A stretch of DNA of 64,000 bases from Trichoplax adhaerens (Eukaryota > Animalia > Placozoa), in assembly GCF_000150275.1 (NCBI RefSeq), contig NW_002060952.1:2289128-2353127 (forward strand), given 5' to 3'. Shown in pieces: positions 10,401-23,750 of the stretch; position 1 is the first letter of the stretch, and the number at the start of each line of letters is the position of its first letter. A program made the position numbers and the translations under genes. The notes below the pieces were generated by a model that ran no database searches, was not told where the DNA came from, and saw only the letters and a program-made list of their open reading frames with translations.

Positions 10401-13400
10401 ATGGGGCTGTTTGAAGAGAATTTTTGGGTAAGAAACGATAGTATTTGTGGTGTTGATGATTGCTTGCATCACCTTGATTTTCGACCGAGGGCCTTGAGAT
10501 GGGGTTCCAATGGGGGGGGTAGCTCAAGACTTGATTTTGCTTTCACTATGGCATGCCAATGGCCAACTATTTCTCCGTTCGTCTTTGCCTAGCCATGGCC
10601 AATCCACTTTAAATCAAGTCTTTTTCTACCCTTGTCCATGCTAGTCCAAGTCATGTTGTTCTCAAAGGGTTGAACAAGATGGAAAAGTGAAGGGGGGTTC
10701 GGCGATGAGCCATCATCAACGCATCGGGTAGGCAGGCAGGGGCAACCCCCAAAAATTGGATCCTATAGCATCGCGGTCATGGCGATCGGCATGGAGAAAA
10801 GGAACAACATTGCATCAACCTTGTTACTGTAGTCTAGACGATGAGCAATCGGCTTTCATCATAGTACATACTGGCCATTTTGATCCCAATATTACGACTA
10901 CGACGACTTGTAAAAATGCCACCGCTGATTCAACTTCAATCCGCTTTGGACAACAACGTTGTTTTGCCATCCATCATGCCATGGAGTATTGAATTGGGGG
11001 CAAGCTTGGCTTCCTTTGGCGATGATCATCTATTCAAGTCGTCCACCTGTAAAACCAACACTATTCTACTAGCAATCAACGTCTTCATTTCACTCATGTT
11101 GAATGGTGCCAGTCATAGATCCGTCAGGGGATCATTCCCTTCAATTTTGCCACCATGATGTTGATTGATAGTCAAGAAAATCAAGACGCAGATCAGCCAG
11201 TTAGTTTAGTCCGCTGGATCCATGATGGCGTGGTGTCAAAGTAAAATAGAAAGGAAACGAATGATATCCATGGGTAAATCTCCTTCCAATTCCAGTAACA
11301 GTCTATCATATAAACTAGTTTGATTTCAATCATTGCAATACTATACATGATCGAGCTACCATTGGGTCCTTGCTTTCAACGGTCCAGCCATCATCTTGAT
11401 AAACAAAATCAACTGGCAGACTTGTTCATCCTCTCATTTTACGCTATGGACGACAGTTGATGGCGTAAAAGGTAAAGAAAAATAATTCTTTCCCTTTTCA
11501 ACCTTGCATCCAATTCAAGCAAGTGGATGCTAATTTCACCTTGACCACGATCCATACATAATCTGCTATCCAATCGTTTTTCTTTCATTTCATAGCCATC
11601 ATGTTGATTGAGTACTATAAACACGCCGGCTTGCTACTCCGCTCCATAGCCTCTACCTTAGTCGAAGATGAAAAGTCTTCTGAAATGGATATCGTCGGAT
11701 CCCTAGAACATGGATCGCCTCCTTTTCCATAAAGACAACAATTACTTTCTTGACAGACTAGCAATATGATGGCTAGTGGATCCTATTTATTGATATCCAT
11801 CTTCATTACCCTTTGAACGAGAACGGATTCAATTCTTTTCTCGCCATTTGTGTCATCATCAACATCATACGGTTTTAGTCAATTCAATCATTGCCCATGA
11901 GAGCAAAACAAATCCCCTTTACATGTCCATCAATCGATCTTTCTTCTACCATTGCCATCATCATCCCATACGTGAAGAAGGAAATTTCTCCTTTACTCCA
12001 TCATCATCGACGATCCTGTTGGATGTATATCGGGCGATTCTTTTAGCAATCTCCTGATGGACGAGATGACGAGTAGAAAATTGAAAAATAGAAATGCCTC
12101 AACTGCTTGATCTGGCCATGGATAATTTTACTGCTTGATGGATCGACGATCCATTGGATGATTTTTCAGTCTTGTTGATGCTATCCTTGATGCCTATATT
12201 ACTTCATGTTGCTATAGCCCATTTGGTTGTTTAGTGATCCATTGAGTCAAATAGATCGACTGCTATTTTGCAATGTGATCTATGCTTCAAGTAGTCCAAC
12301 ATGATTGTGTCATTGCTCGTTTTCGTCTTGCAATGGAGCGATCGCTAATACAAATTAGAGTTCGATCAAGACTTCTGAATGTTTGATAGCACTCAGCTTT
12401 CAACTAGGATCGATGGGATTCCTTCCTTGTTGCTCCCTTTTCCATGATGGTCAAACTTACTTCTTATTGAATACTGGATAGATTGATCAATCATCCAAAT
12501 TTCCATCGGCCTTGTTCAAATCCACTGGCAATTTCGTTTTGAACCACTTTTTGTAATTACATGTCAGCGAAAAATAACTTCATTCCTGGATGGACTACCC
12601 GATCGCCCTTACTATATAGTATCCTCAAAATTTTCATCAGCCCTGTTGATTCATCCTATAGTTTTGTCTTCAACAGCTTTTTGCAATCATCAGCCCTAAA
12701 ATAGTCTACATCCATCAGAAGTAGCACCTTAATATGCTCCTGTGCTCTTATGGATTGCTGGATTGACCAAGCGATTGCCCTTGTCAAGTAGTAGCGTGAA
12801 AATTTGCCATCGATCTCATTCAAACCTACAGCATTTAGTTTAGTCTTGATTGCTAACTGACCAAGCGATTGCCCTTGTCAAGTAGTAGCGTGAAAATTTG
12901 CCATCAATCTCATTCAAACCTACAGCATTTAGTTTGGTCTTGATTGCTAAATTGACCAAGCAATCGCCCTTGTGGATTGACCAAACGGTCGCCCTTGTAA
13001 AGTAGTAGCCTGAAAATTTGCCATCAATCTCATTCAAACCTACAGCATTTAGTTTAGTCTTGATTGCTAAATTGATCAAGCAATCGCCCTTGTAAAGTAG
13101 CAGCATGAAAATTTGCCATCAATCTCATTCAAATCTACAGCATTTAGTTTGGTCTTGATTGCTAAATTGACCAAGCAATCGCCCTTGTGGATTGACCAAA
13201 AGGTCGCCCTTGTAAAGTAGCAGCATGAAAATTTGCCATCAATCTCATTCAAACCTTCAGTATTTAGTCTAGTCTTGAATTAGAATCTTTTGCCATCATG
13301 TCAATCAATTTCTTATGAACATTAACTGTCAATTATAATCTTGATTATCTAGGGCGAAAAGTATGCTGGCTTTGATGTATTGTACAATAATATGAAACAT

Positions 13401-16400
13401 TGCCGCAATGCCAATCAAGTATTTGGTGATTTCTTGAAGGAAATGTAAGTGCAAAAGGCAATAGAATACTAGAGACATTCGTTAGGAAAGCATTTCGCCC
13501 TGTTCTTGATTGATTTTTAGACGATTCTACTACATTGGCATACACATCGTGTGCAATGACAATAAAAAATGTTGATCCTAGTACCAAAGTTATACAGGAA
13601 TAGTGACATGGACGTTCATTAGGATAGAATTTCACACTATTTGTGATTGATTCAATTTTATACTGTATCCGTTGAATGCAATCCAAAGTTCATTAGAATA
13701 CACATCGAGTGGGGAATAGGCCATTCGTTAGGAACGATTTTCAATTGACTCTGGATTAACTTGATACCATATCATTGGATAGAAGCAAAATCAAGAAATC
13801 GATCCTAGTACTTTAGCTTAAATCATTTGTCCATTTTGCTTTTGTCATCGACAAATTGTTGTCTGGCATTAATCTACTTGTTATGGCTTAGTCATGTATT
13901 GAATTCAGTCATCATCTTGTCTATTTACATTAGTGTATTAACTTGAATATCAAGTTGAAAGATTTTCTCTTTCTCTTGATCAACGATTACCAATGCTCTT
14001 GACAACATGATTGTTTCCCCATATTGATTAGCGCGTAGGCAAATGGCCTTTCCTTTGCTCTACCACGCTCAACCATCGATTACTTAACATGGAATAATCC
14101 ATGGCTAAACAGTTGTTGACATCTCGCTTGATTTTCAACTCAGTGTCGGTGCTATTTTTCACTCTAAGCAGCCTCGAGTACAGCGAAACGAGGATGGATT
14201 TCATCGTCTACTTTTCGCATGTCGACTTTCTTCCACTCAATGCAGTCGCCAGCAAAGCGAAACACTGACCGATTTCGTCGTCTACTTTTTTATTCAATGT
14301 CGACTTTCTTTCACTCAATGTAGTCTCCAGCGAAGCCAAAATACGGACTGGTTTTTGTTGTCTACTTTTCCATTTACAATGTCGACAGTGTTTGATCTAC
14401 TAAATGCAGTCTCCAGCGCTACCAAACAGTAGTTGATGTCATGATCTACTTTACAATTCCATGTCGATCTGAATAATTCAAGTCTGTCGATCAATGACAG
14501 GGCAACGTTTTCTATTTCATATTGATTTCTTGCTGTGTTCTACAATAAAAATATTGACATTTGCATTGAATTACGATTGACAAGATTGTCTTTTCTAGCC
14601 CCGTATCCAAGTCAAAATAATAGCCAACTTTCTCTACATTAATTACTAAATGGCCGAGAAAAATTAACCAATTTTCTCACCTAACTGAAATTATGATTGA
14701 ATTGAATTGATTTTTTTTTTCTCACTTTTTTGGGGGTCGCTATCGTCTGCTAGATCCGTTGCTGAAGACACTTTTGCTAAGGCATTGATGAAAGTGGCTA
14801 AAAATTATGCAAATCATAATGCTTTAGGGTAAGTCTTGCTAAAGTGTAAAAAAAATATCCTGCTTATCGGTAAATCAAGATGGAAAGACCCATGATCCCA
14901 CTATTCCTGGCTCACTCGATAATAATATTGTTGGATTCATAAATTTAAACTATCCACTACATCTATTTACTTGTTCATTTTACTTGGATTGAGTAGTAAA
15001 TGAGTTCATGAATAGAATCTTTGCAAAGATGAGCCAATTGGATGGCAAAAAAATTCATTTGAATCTTAAAGATGACAAGTAATATGGCTGTGCTTTGTGG
15101 AAGGAAAAACGTAGGCTTTCGCCTACTGAATGGGCCATCCTATCCTAGCTTAGTAATATGGCAAATTTTTCGCTGGATCTTTTTTACCTTGACGTTATTA
15201 CAATCATATTTCCCTTTCCATTACTTCCCTACGCTGATGATTTTTCCCTTAGCAGACTACGCGCCTTTCTGTGCTCTTATTTTCCATAAATTGGACTCAA
15301 ACCCTGCAACATAATAAATTTATTAGCTAGTACCTATATCTAGATAATGATTATTTTTTCCATCAATCTTCTCCAACTCTGCAGCCATTAACAATTTAAG
15401 AGTTCATACAGCAGGATCAATCCACCGATAATGCTATTTTTTCAATCAAATTATAGAACTTTTCAACCTGTCTTCAACTACATACGCAAAAGCACCGAAA
15501 ACGTATCCAATTTATATCAAGAAGATGCTAGAAAAATGCAAGATTTAATCAAGGATATTATAAAATGTGGTGAAACTTTAAAAGAAAAATATAAACTAGT
15601 AAGTTGTGCAGAAATCTTTCGAAATTTTACCACCTAGCTACTAAATAGAGTAGACACTACAACATCATGGCGGTAGGTATCACAATCAATCGAGTTATTA
15701 GCGGCAACGAAGGATATCTACTGTAGGCCTTTAGTGTGTGTGCCTTTTTGCAACATAAATTCTTACTCCTGTTAAAGAAATCATGTAGTAATGTACCCCT
15801 ATCAAATAGTCCAAACTGAATAAGATTAGAGCAATTCCATCGCGACGATAAACCGTGATCTAACAGTACCTCCATCTTGACCTAGGCGAAAGACTCAGTT
15901 GCAAACACAGCTGATGATGTTCAAACATTGCAAATTTTAAGTGCAAACATATACAAGGTACAATTTTTTCCAGAATATTATTAAATTGATCATTCGGAGA
16001 TTTCCATGTTATACTTACCCTCAAATTGGATGTCTGATTTGATATTAAAAAAACTTGTATTATACAGGCTAGAGATATCTATCATGGACGCGAAAGCGAA
16101 GTTGAAAGACTACGCAGAGAGAATGCTACCACCAAAGATATCGATAAGGTTTGTAAATTATATAGACGCCAAGGCTGTCTTTGATTAAGCCAACCATCTG
16201 ATCTGCTATATAGCGATATCCTCGATATTCTATTATCTAAATTACATTCATTTTTTCCATAGATGCTTTCAAAGGCAAAGAAAGCAAGTAAGTATAGTCT
16301 TTCCTTAATAGTATCGTAGACTACCTCACACTTTGCCATGAATCTTACTAAACTTGGCCACCTTTAATAACACGTCTTGCCTTAGGTGACGATTATAAGA

Positions 16401-19400
16401 ATGCATTGGATAAGTTTCCACCAGCTCGTAAAAATTTTATAACAAAGTTTACAAAAAGTTGTGGTGTAAGTAGTAGGAGGAGATAATGTTGCTTTTTTAT
16501 TTTGGCCATTTCGTTTCTTGATACATCTCGGCATCAGTTTTTGCAGTCTACTAGGTAATATATTAAGTCCTTGCCCCTTCTCCTTTTTGTAGGTATTTCA
16601 TTCCCATGAAACTTTTCATTTAGAAAGAATGGCAACTTTGGTCAAAAAATTTGTAGAATTACAATCTTATTTTACTTCAGTTGTTCAGAAAGTTAGTCTA
16701 ATCACTTTAGCTGATGAAATTTATATTATCATTGATAATGAACTAGACTTTATTCAAAATGGATAAATTCTTACTGGTTTTCAATGTACCTATTTATTTG
16801 CTATAGGAAAATGATAGATTAACTAAAGAATTAACTTCGATGAGAACGGAAAATCTTCTACAAATTTTCGTTGATAGCAAGGGCACTGGAAATGATATCC
16901 CAGGTAACTTAAATTGAGAATAGCCAACTCTTTTTTATTTAAAAATTAACCACAATCCTGATTCATCTTGTGTTTCAGTTGATATCCCATTCGAAAGTTA
17001 CAAAGATAAACCTCATGAAGATAGCGTGCACGACTATAACCGGTCACATTCCAAAGAACCAACGAAGGATGATAGCAAAAGTAAAATTAAGAATGAAAAA
17101 TAGTACTGTATTTACGTTTTTAATTTTGCTCTCTCATTCTAAATTTTGGCATATTGTTCAATAAAGGTCATCTGTTTAAACTCAATTTTAAAACGAAAAA
17201 GAAGAAGGTAGATAGGTATGGTATCCGTAGTAAATAGGATTTTTCCTGTATGTACTAGAAATCTTCATTTCTTTGATTTTTATTTTGCCGTTCATATACA
17301 GAGACTCTACAAACGACAATTTGTCAAATAGTGCTAACGATCAAGATGAGGTATAGTTGTCTCGAAATATTAGATATTAGGATATCTAGATATATTGGGT
17401 ATTACGGTACGTCACTATTGGACATAACTTTACATTAAAACATTACAAATTTCTATATCTCAAGGTTACAACACCAGCACCTGTTGTAGACGAAGAAGGA
17501 TATTCTATTAGACCAGACGATATTTTTGATCGCGGCGCAATCCATATCCGTGTATAATTGATTATATGTATTTTGAAAGAATGTTCAACCTAATAAAATA
17601 TACTACTATATGTATACGCGTATATATACTGTACACGTTTACGTATACATATACCTATACATATGCTCGAGTCGAGGTTGAATACAAATTGTTTGTAGCT
17701 TTTCTTCCTTAACCTAATTCACAAAAGGCAACCGTTCAAGATAGCGATTCCTCCTCTGATGATGGTAAGATAAAAAATTTGTATAATGCTAACTTACAGT
17801 ACAATCATAAAGTGCTACGCTCGATAAAGAAATATGCTATGTAAAACATAATTATAACAGAAGATGACAAGAAGAAAATTCATGTTAAGATAAAGCCTGT
17901 GTCTGGCGGTCAAACCAAAAGTCAAGTATCTGTTGACCAACTTAGGGCTATTGGTAGTTCTCTATCATTATCATCAGGAGTAAGCACTTTGCCATTTGAA
18001 CTTTGTAGATTATGCTCTTGCTGTTCTTGATAAACGTTTAGACAACAATTTCTTAATTATTGATACATAGGTCCGAGCTGTAAAATCACCAGGTGGTAGT
18101 GCAGGTACCCAGAATATTATTTTAAATATTCATGTATTACAGTACATAATGATTCGATAAAATATAAAATGTTGTTTGAAATAACATCATAAAAAGCGTT
18201 GTAGCAAACATGTTGATACATCTGTATTATATTCTCTTAGCATGTAGTACGAATTCGACACCAGTTTCAGAAAAGAGAAATCTGTGAGCATACTATTTGG
18301 ATTTATTTTGTGTATTCACACATAGATGTATAATTATTGACTCTTTTTATCTATAGATCAAATCTACTTATGCTAGATGAAGATGATACTGATAATTCTC
18401 CGTCTTTACTGGCCGGTACTAAGATTGGATTACGTAAGTTTGTAAAATAATCAGTTGTTTTATCACCAATTGTCTCATCGCTTGTTTACTTTATCATTAT
18501 TTAGCAAAGAGAAAAAGTGTAGATTCAACAGCAAAAATTGAAATTTCACCGCCAAGCGTAAGTAATATACTTTCCTCTTATTAGCAGATGTGTTTAGTTT
18601 ATTGAAATACTTGATATTTGGTCTCAAAATTGAAGTATTATAATTATTTTACAGGATGTAAAGAAAGCAACTATCCTCAATAGTGTTTCTTCACCATCTG
18701 AAAACCCTCCTCCTCTACCTCCAAAAGCGAAAGATCGGAATTCTATAAATGGGCCGTTATTTATTGCAGGACCAACTTCGCCAACTTTGGATAAATTACC
18801 TCCACCACTGATGGCATCCAATGTTAGAAGCTCTACTATTTCTATTACCCCTTCTGGAACAATTCAGTCTATACCACGATCGACTAGTGATGACCGAGGC
18901 CCAAGGAATGAAGGTTCCTCCCCATCCCTTTCTCTAAAAACCTTATCAACCGCTATTTCAGCAACTAGAAGTGCCTCCATGCCCGCTAGGACAGAAAAAT
19001 CAGCTATTATTGCTGTTGCCCTTACTGAAGTTGTTAATGCATGTTTCAAACCTGATGATAGGCAAGTTACGAAATGATAAATGACAGTGTCATGCTAATT
19101 TTATTATATTAATAGTAAATTTTATAATACTTAATCAACTATTCATACGCGTATATATCAATATATATATAATTATAGTTGTCTAGTAAAGATAACTGGA
19201 GAAATGAAGATATCCTTTCCAACGCAAAGTTTAAAGTTGTTTCATGACAACCCAAATTATCCGGCGTTAAAGTTAAGGCTAACTGGCTCGAAAAATCTAG
19301 AACAAGTAGCCCTTAATAATCTATTTGTTACTAGGTATGTACAGTACTGTATAAATTAATGCAAAGCCCATTATGATAAGACCAGAAGAAAACGTGTGAT

Positions 19401-20411
19401 AACTACTGTTCATGCTGGCCATTGTTTTCATAATTCTCAGTTCTAGCCAACTTACTGATGCTGATTACCGGATCGATTTTAAAATGTCCGATCTGGTTAC
19501 CCACCTAAGTCAACAATCTGAACAATCATCTATGTATCATAATGTAGATGTACTAAAATATCAAGTATGTCATATAAACTGAAATTGCTGTAAATTTACA
19601 GTTTATGATGTGAATGCTATTCCGTTGCTTTTGGCTGTGATAATTAAAGCTACTAGAACTGAATTTTTAAATTAAATTCACTCTTAGGTAAAGTCAGACG
19701 GACCGAAAGAGTACACCCTTGAAATTACGTGGAGAATGGAAGTGCGAACCTCAATCTACTGATGTATCGATAGAATATACATATAATGCGGATGCTTTAT
19801 CGTCAGCAATTCCTTTGGCAAATGTCAATTTTATTGCCCCAGTCGATGGAGGCGTAACAAATCATCAGATGAATCAGGAAGCTACCTGGTCAGCATATAA
19901 TTCCATTGACCCAATACACTAGATTTGATTTCGTTCAGCACAAATATATTTTATACAGTTATTAATGAAATGGTGTTTTGATTTACGTGTTTAGGAATAA
20001 AGAACTAGATAGAGCTTTGTGGAAATTAACTAGAATTGAAAATAGTAATAGCGGTAATAGTAAATCAATTAGCCATACACTAATCGGCCTTGATATTTAT
20101 TTAACATGCCTTGACGTTCCTATTGATTTCATTATTAGGATCTAAAATCGAAGGACACTTTGATCTCAGTTCTGGACCTACCAAGTCCAAAAGAGTAGCT
20201 GTAAAATTTTCTTGCCCAGGTAGCACACTCTCCGGTTTAGATATATCTCTCGCAGATGTAAAAGGCTATAAGATTTCATTTGTTAAGAAACAAATCACTG
20301 CAGGTACAAGCTACTATTTTGCATCATTGTAATTGCAATCAACTCACTACTTATACTATAAATTTTTTGTATTTTAATTATATAGGAAAGTATTTCGTAG
20401 ATGGGGAATAA
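10401..20411 (+). CDS. FCHO1/2: FCHo/muniscin: F-BAR domain, linker, mu-homology domain (FCHO1/2 ortholog), more than 25 exons
   Basis: Exon 1 10401-10427 MGLFEENFW|gtaaga; exon 2 13353-13444 GEKYAGFDVLYNNMKH; exon 3 14754-14828 SVAEDTFAKALMKVAK; exon at ~15458 TFQPVFNYIRKSTE; linker VDEEGYSIRP...DSDSSSDDEDDKKKIHVKIKP; muHD IAVALTEVVNACFK..CLVKITGEMKISFP...VDVLKYQV...PLKLRGEWKCEP...GSTLSGLDISL...GYKISFVKKQITAGKYFVDGE*; TAA at 20409-20411. Confidence 0.95.
12761..13278. repeat. ~96-bp tandem repeat x5 with internal ~24-bp partial duplications, in FCHO intron 1
   Basis: attgaccaagc(g/a)at(t/c)gcccttgt..agtagtagc.tgaaaatttgccatcaatctcattcaaacctacagcatttagttt(a/g)gtcttgattgctaa repeated, ending ~75 bp before exon 2. 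Confidence 0.93.
14168..14470. repeat. Diverged ~77-bp tandem repeat x4 in FCHO intron 2
   Basis: gcagtc.ccagc.aagc.aaa...gtctactttt...atgtcgac...actcaat recurs at ~14168, 14242, 14320, 14405. Confidence 0.8.
17544..17722 (+). other. U12-type (minor spliceosome) AT-AC intron in FCHO
   Basis: 5' end ATATCCGT; branch site TTCCTTAAC at 17705-17713; 3' end CAC at 17722. Removal restores the frame (..RGAI-Q-KATVQDSDSSSDD-E-DDKKKIHVKIKP). Confidence 0.92.
19062..19178 (+). other. Non-canonical GC-AG intron in the FCHO muHD region
   Basis: Donor AG|GCAAGT; only this junction gives in-frame CFKPDD-S-CLVKITGEM. The nearby GT (gttacg) is in the wrong phase. Confidence 0.8.
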
Positions 20412-22734
20412 TAGAAATTTGAATGCTTTACGTAAAAGCTGTTTTTAAGTTAATTACTTTAGACTATTAAATTTTAGCACTTAAAAATAATAGACATCGT
20501 TACGCGGACGTTTTGATCGGGCTCGTATTTCCTTTAAATTTTATCAAAACAGAGTGCGATGGGGTTGACTGTAAATTTCACAATTTATATGTAACGTATC
20601 AGTTTTGGTTGATTAAGCTAAAAGTTATTGAATATTTTATCTTATCAAGATTTAGTTTTTATCTATAGTATAATATTCTATTGAATTAAAACTTATTTTG
20701 GGTCGATTTGCAAGAGTCAATGTATAATGGGATAATAATTCTAATTGTCAAAAAGGACAAATAGATCAGGTAACAATAATTAATTATAATTTCCACGATA
20801 TAACTTTTCCAGATGCATGTAGCCTTGGCAAATTGTTAGATGTCTTTAAGTGTTCATACAAAATCACAGTATTACCAATTTGTAATCATGCTTAATCCTT
20901 GAAGTATACAATAATCTAAACTAAATATACTTATGATCCTTCATTCTTTTATAAACTTTAAATGTTCTGCTGGCGCAGGATGCTAAGCTTATACGAATAT
21001 AAATGATATTTAGACTTCACGGTTTTATTATGATTGTCATGGTTGTGTTATTCCAATATGACCTTAATTTAGGGTAGCATAAAATACTCATTGAAATGAT
21101 AAAATGAGAACTGATTAAGTCTAAGTAAATACTGTACTGGAGTGAAATAGTACTATGAATGTATAACGATATTTTTATCTCTATTTAAAAATATCTACTT
21201 AACATCTTGTCAATACGAATCTATGTTCCAATTGTATGATTGATATCTTATTTGTGCATTCACTTTGAGGAAAAATTCTCTAATTTCACGGTACTAATTC
21301 TACTACAGCTACAATATATATAGCGCCAGCAAATATCTACTGGCAGACAAAAATAGAGCACTTCTAAACCGTATTATTGAATTTCTTGTATTGTGTGTTC
21401 ATTTTCATTTTCTTTTTTTGTTACATTATGTACCACGTCTATATGCGTCACTGTTGTAGTGACCATTAAGTAATACGGTAAAGTAAGTTGCTTACAAAAT
21501 TTTTTGCATGTTACATTAACTATTGATGCAATTAGAACACTACCATATAATGTTATTGCACTGTAATAAATCTATTATCCTTCTGTCTAAACTGAACTGC
21601 AACGTTTGATATTCTAAAACTAATAGAGCTCTAGGATTGCATCATGTAGCTTGGCATAAATTATTATGTAATTGCGGATGAATAATTCAACTCTTGTTGT
21701 GAAAATTTCTCATCAAATATACGCATGCAGTCTACGACAAAAATTACTGTAATTAATGATATACTCGTATAGATACTCCTGGCAATGGATGCTTCTACAA
21801 TTAGTAACCATGTATTAAGTATTATTACCGGATGTTTTTGTTGTTTTCTAACTTTTCAGTAGTCAGAATGAATCTCTAATTGATAGTACGCCCTTATACT
21901 TGAGAGTGCAAGACTTAAAAAAAGTATTTTATACCTTATAACACGCGTATACGCGTATCTTGTTATAAATAAATAGTGTGTGATAGTAATTTGTTGTTGG
22001 TAAAGTAATTTACAAATTAATCAGACGAACACCATTGAAGCAGCAACATGCAGCAGGCAGTTGATGACTATGATTCATTCGATAAAACTTTTCTTAACTT
22101 TATTAAACTTGACTAATATTCGTGTATGTGCACTAATAAAACGAAATTGCAACAGAGAATTATTTGTATTTGTGTTGAAAGAGATTTTTTTATTGTTTTC
22201 TCTTGAACTTCATAATTGTGAACGATGCCAGTTCAAGATCCTGACCATATGTTTCTTTATTATTATTATTAGTACGACATGATATATCCACACCGACTTA
22301 ATATAATTAAAACATTGTATAGCTGCAAATTTCATTTGCAGCAACAGGTATTCAATGCATTATCGTCATTCTTTTAATTATTTTTAAATCGATCTACATA
22401 ATGAAATTACTGAAGTACCATACCTAGAAATGGTTTGCATTTTATTTGACTAATATCTACGTTGAAGTTTTCTATAAGCTAAAATATAGTTTTCAAAAAT
22501 GATCATCGATAATAATTAAAAATAAAAATTTTAAAGTTATGATTTAGTCAAATCAACAACACATACAGCCAATATAATTTATATTTTACAAAACGGAATT
22601 ATTTCATCATTACAATTTTGATGTGATTTTTCATTAAGTCAAAGATAAAGTTTTCAACTTAAATAATTAATAAAAAACATTATTATCGCTGGTTATCTAT
22701 GTATTGATATAGTACTTTATGCTAGAGTGTAAAT

Positions 22735-22778
22735 GTATATATATATATATTATTATTACATATATATATGTATATATG

Positions 22779-22811
<33 letters not shown>

Positions 22812-22830
22812 CTATACGAGTATGTAAATA
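22735..22830. repeat. Imperfect (TA)n microsatellite downstream of ZNF367
   Basis: tatatatatatatattattattacatatatatatgtatatatgtatgtatatatacatatatatatatatatatatc. Confidence 0.9.
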
Positions 22831-23750
22831 TATTGAATAAAAACGAGATTTTCACAGCACAGCTGGTTAATAATATATATGGCAAATGTTAGAAAACAAG
22901 CATTTGATATTTTTGTTAAGAATAAGTCGAGATAACATTATCGTTACGGTATATGTGAATAGGATCGAACAGAGAATACTGCAAGATCGAAGCAAAATTA
23001 ACCACAAGAATTAATACTAAACATCCTGTAACTTATACGTATTATAAAAAGTGGTTGTAAACTTCATTTTTACTCCTGTTAAAACTCTTGTAAAAAGTTA
23101 AAATTATTGCTATATTACAGCAGCAACTAATCTATCGCCCGCATAAAAAAGCTGATATCTAATATTGATGTAATTGTTGTTAAAGGCTCTAGCAATAGCT
23201 ATCAATTGTATTCTAGGGATTAAATGCATTCTACTGTACTCGGATATTTTCTCGATGATATCGAAGAATATCCTCTTTACTAACCAACAATAACTAGACG
23301 TACGCGCTGCGAACTGAGCTAAGGTGGAATTTAAATTGCACTACGGCATAGCAACTTCAAATTCAAGCAACATAAAGGATTGAAAATAATAAACTAATAT
23401 GAAAAAATTTTGACAATAGAAGTATTTAAATGTACAATAATGACTGTAGTAGATCGCACAACGATATCACCTACAAGAGTTTAAGAAATAATGTCCAAGT
23501 TTACGATTTCTTTGCTAACGTATACAAAGTGAGTATAGAGTAGAGTTAGTATAATGGTAAAGAGAAACGGTTGGCAAGAAAAAGAATTGCTAAAGATGAC
23601 CGTGACAAGCAAGCTAGTCGGTGTTCCTACACTCGTAGGGTAATACAGTATAATATTATAATTTTTTTTTGTAGTCGATGGCTGCACAGAAAGACCATAT
23701 CCAATTGCTCTCCTACTCTCCAATGATTGTTTATGCCAAGTCATCATGCT

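Noticed and set aside
12840-13106. 88-aa minus-strand ORF with an internal repeat
   Set aside because: Artefact of the 96-bp intronic repeat.
13345-13686. 113-aa minus-strand ORF
   Set aside because: Antisense to FCHO exon 2 and its intron, non-ATG start, no homology.
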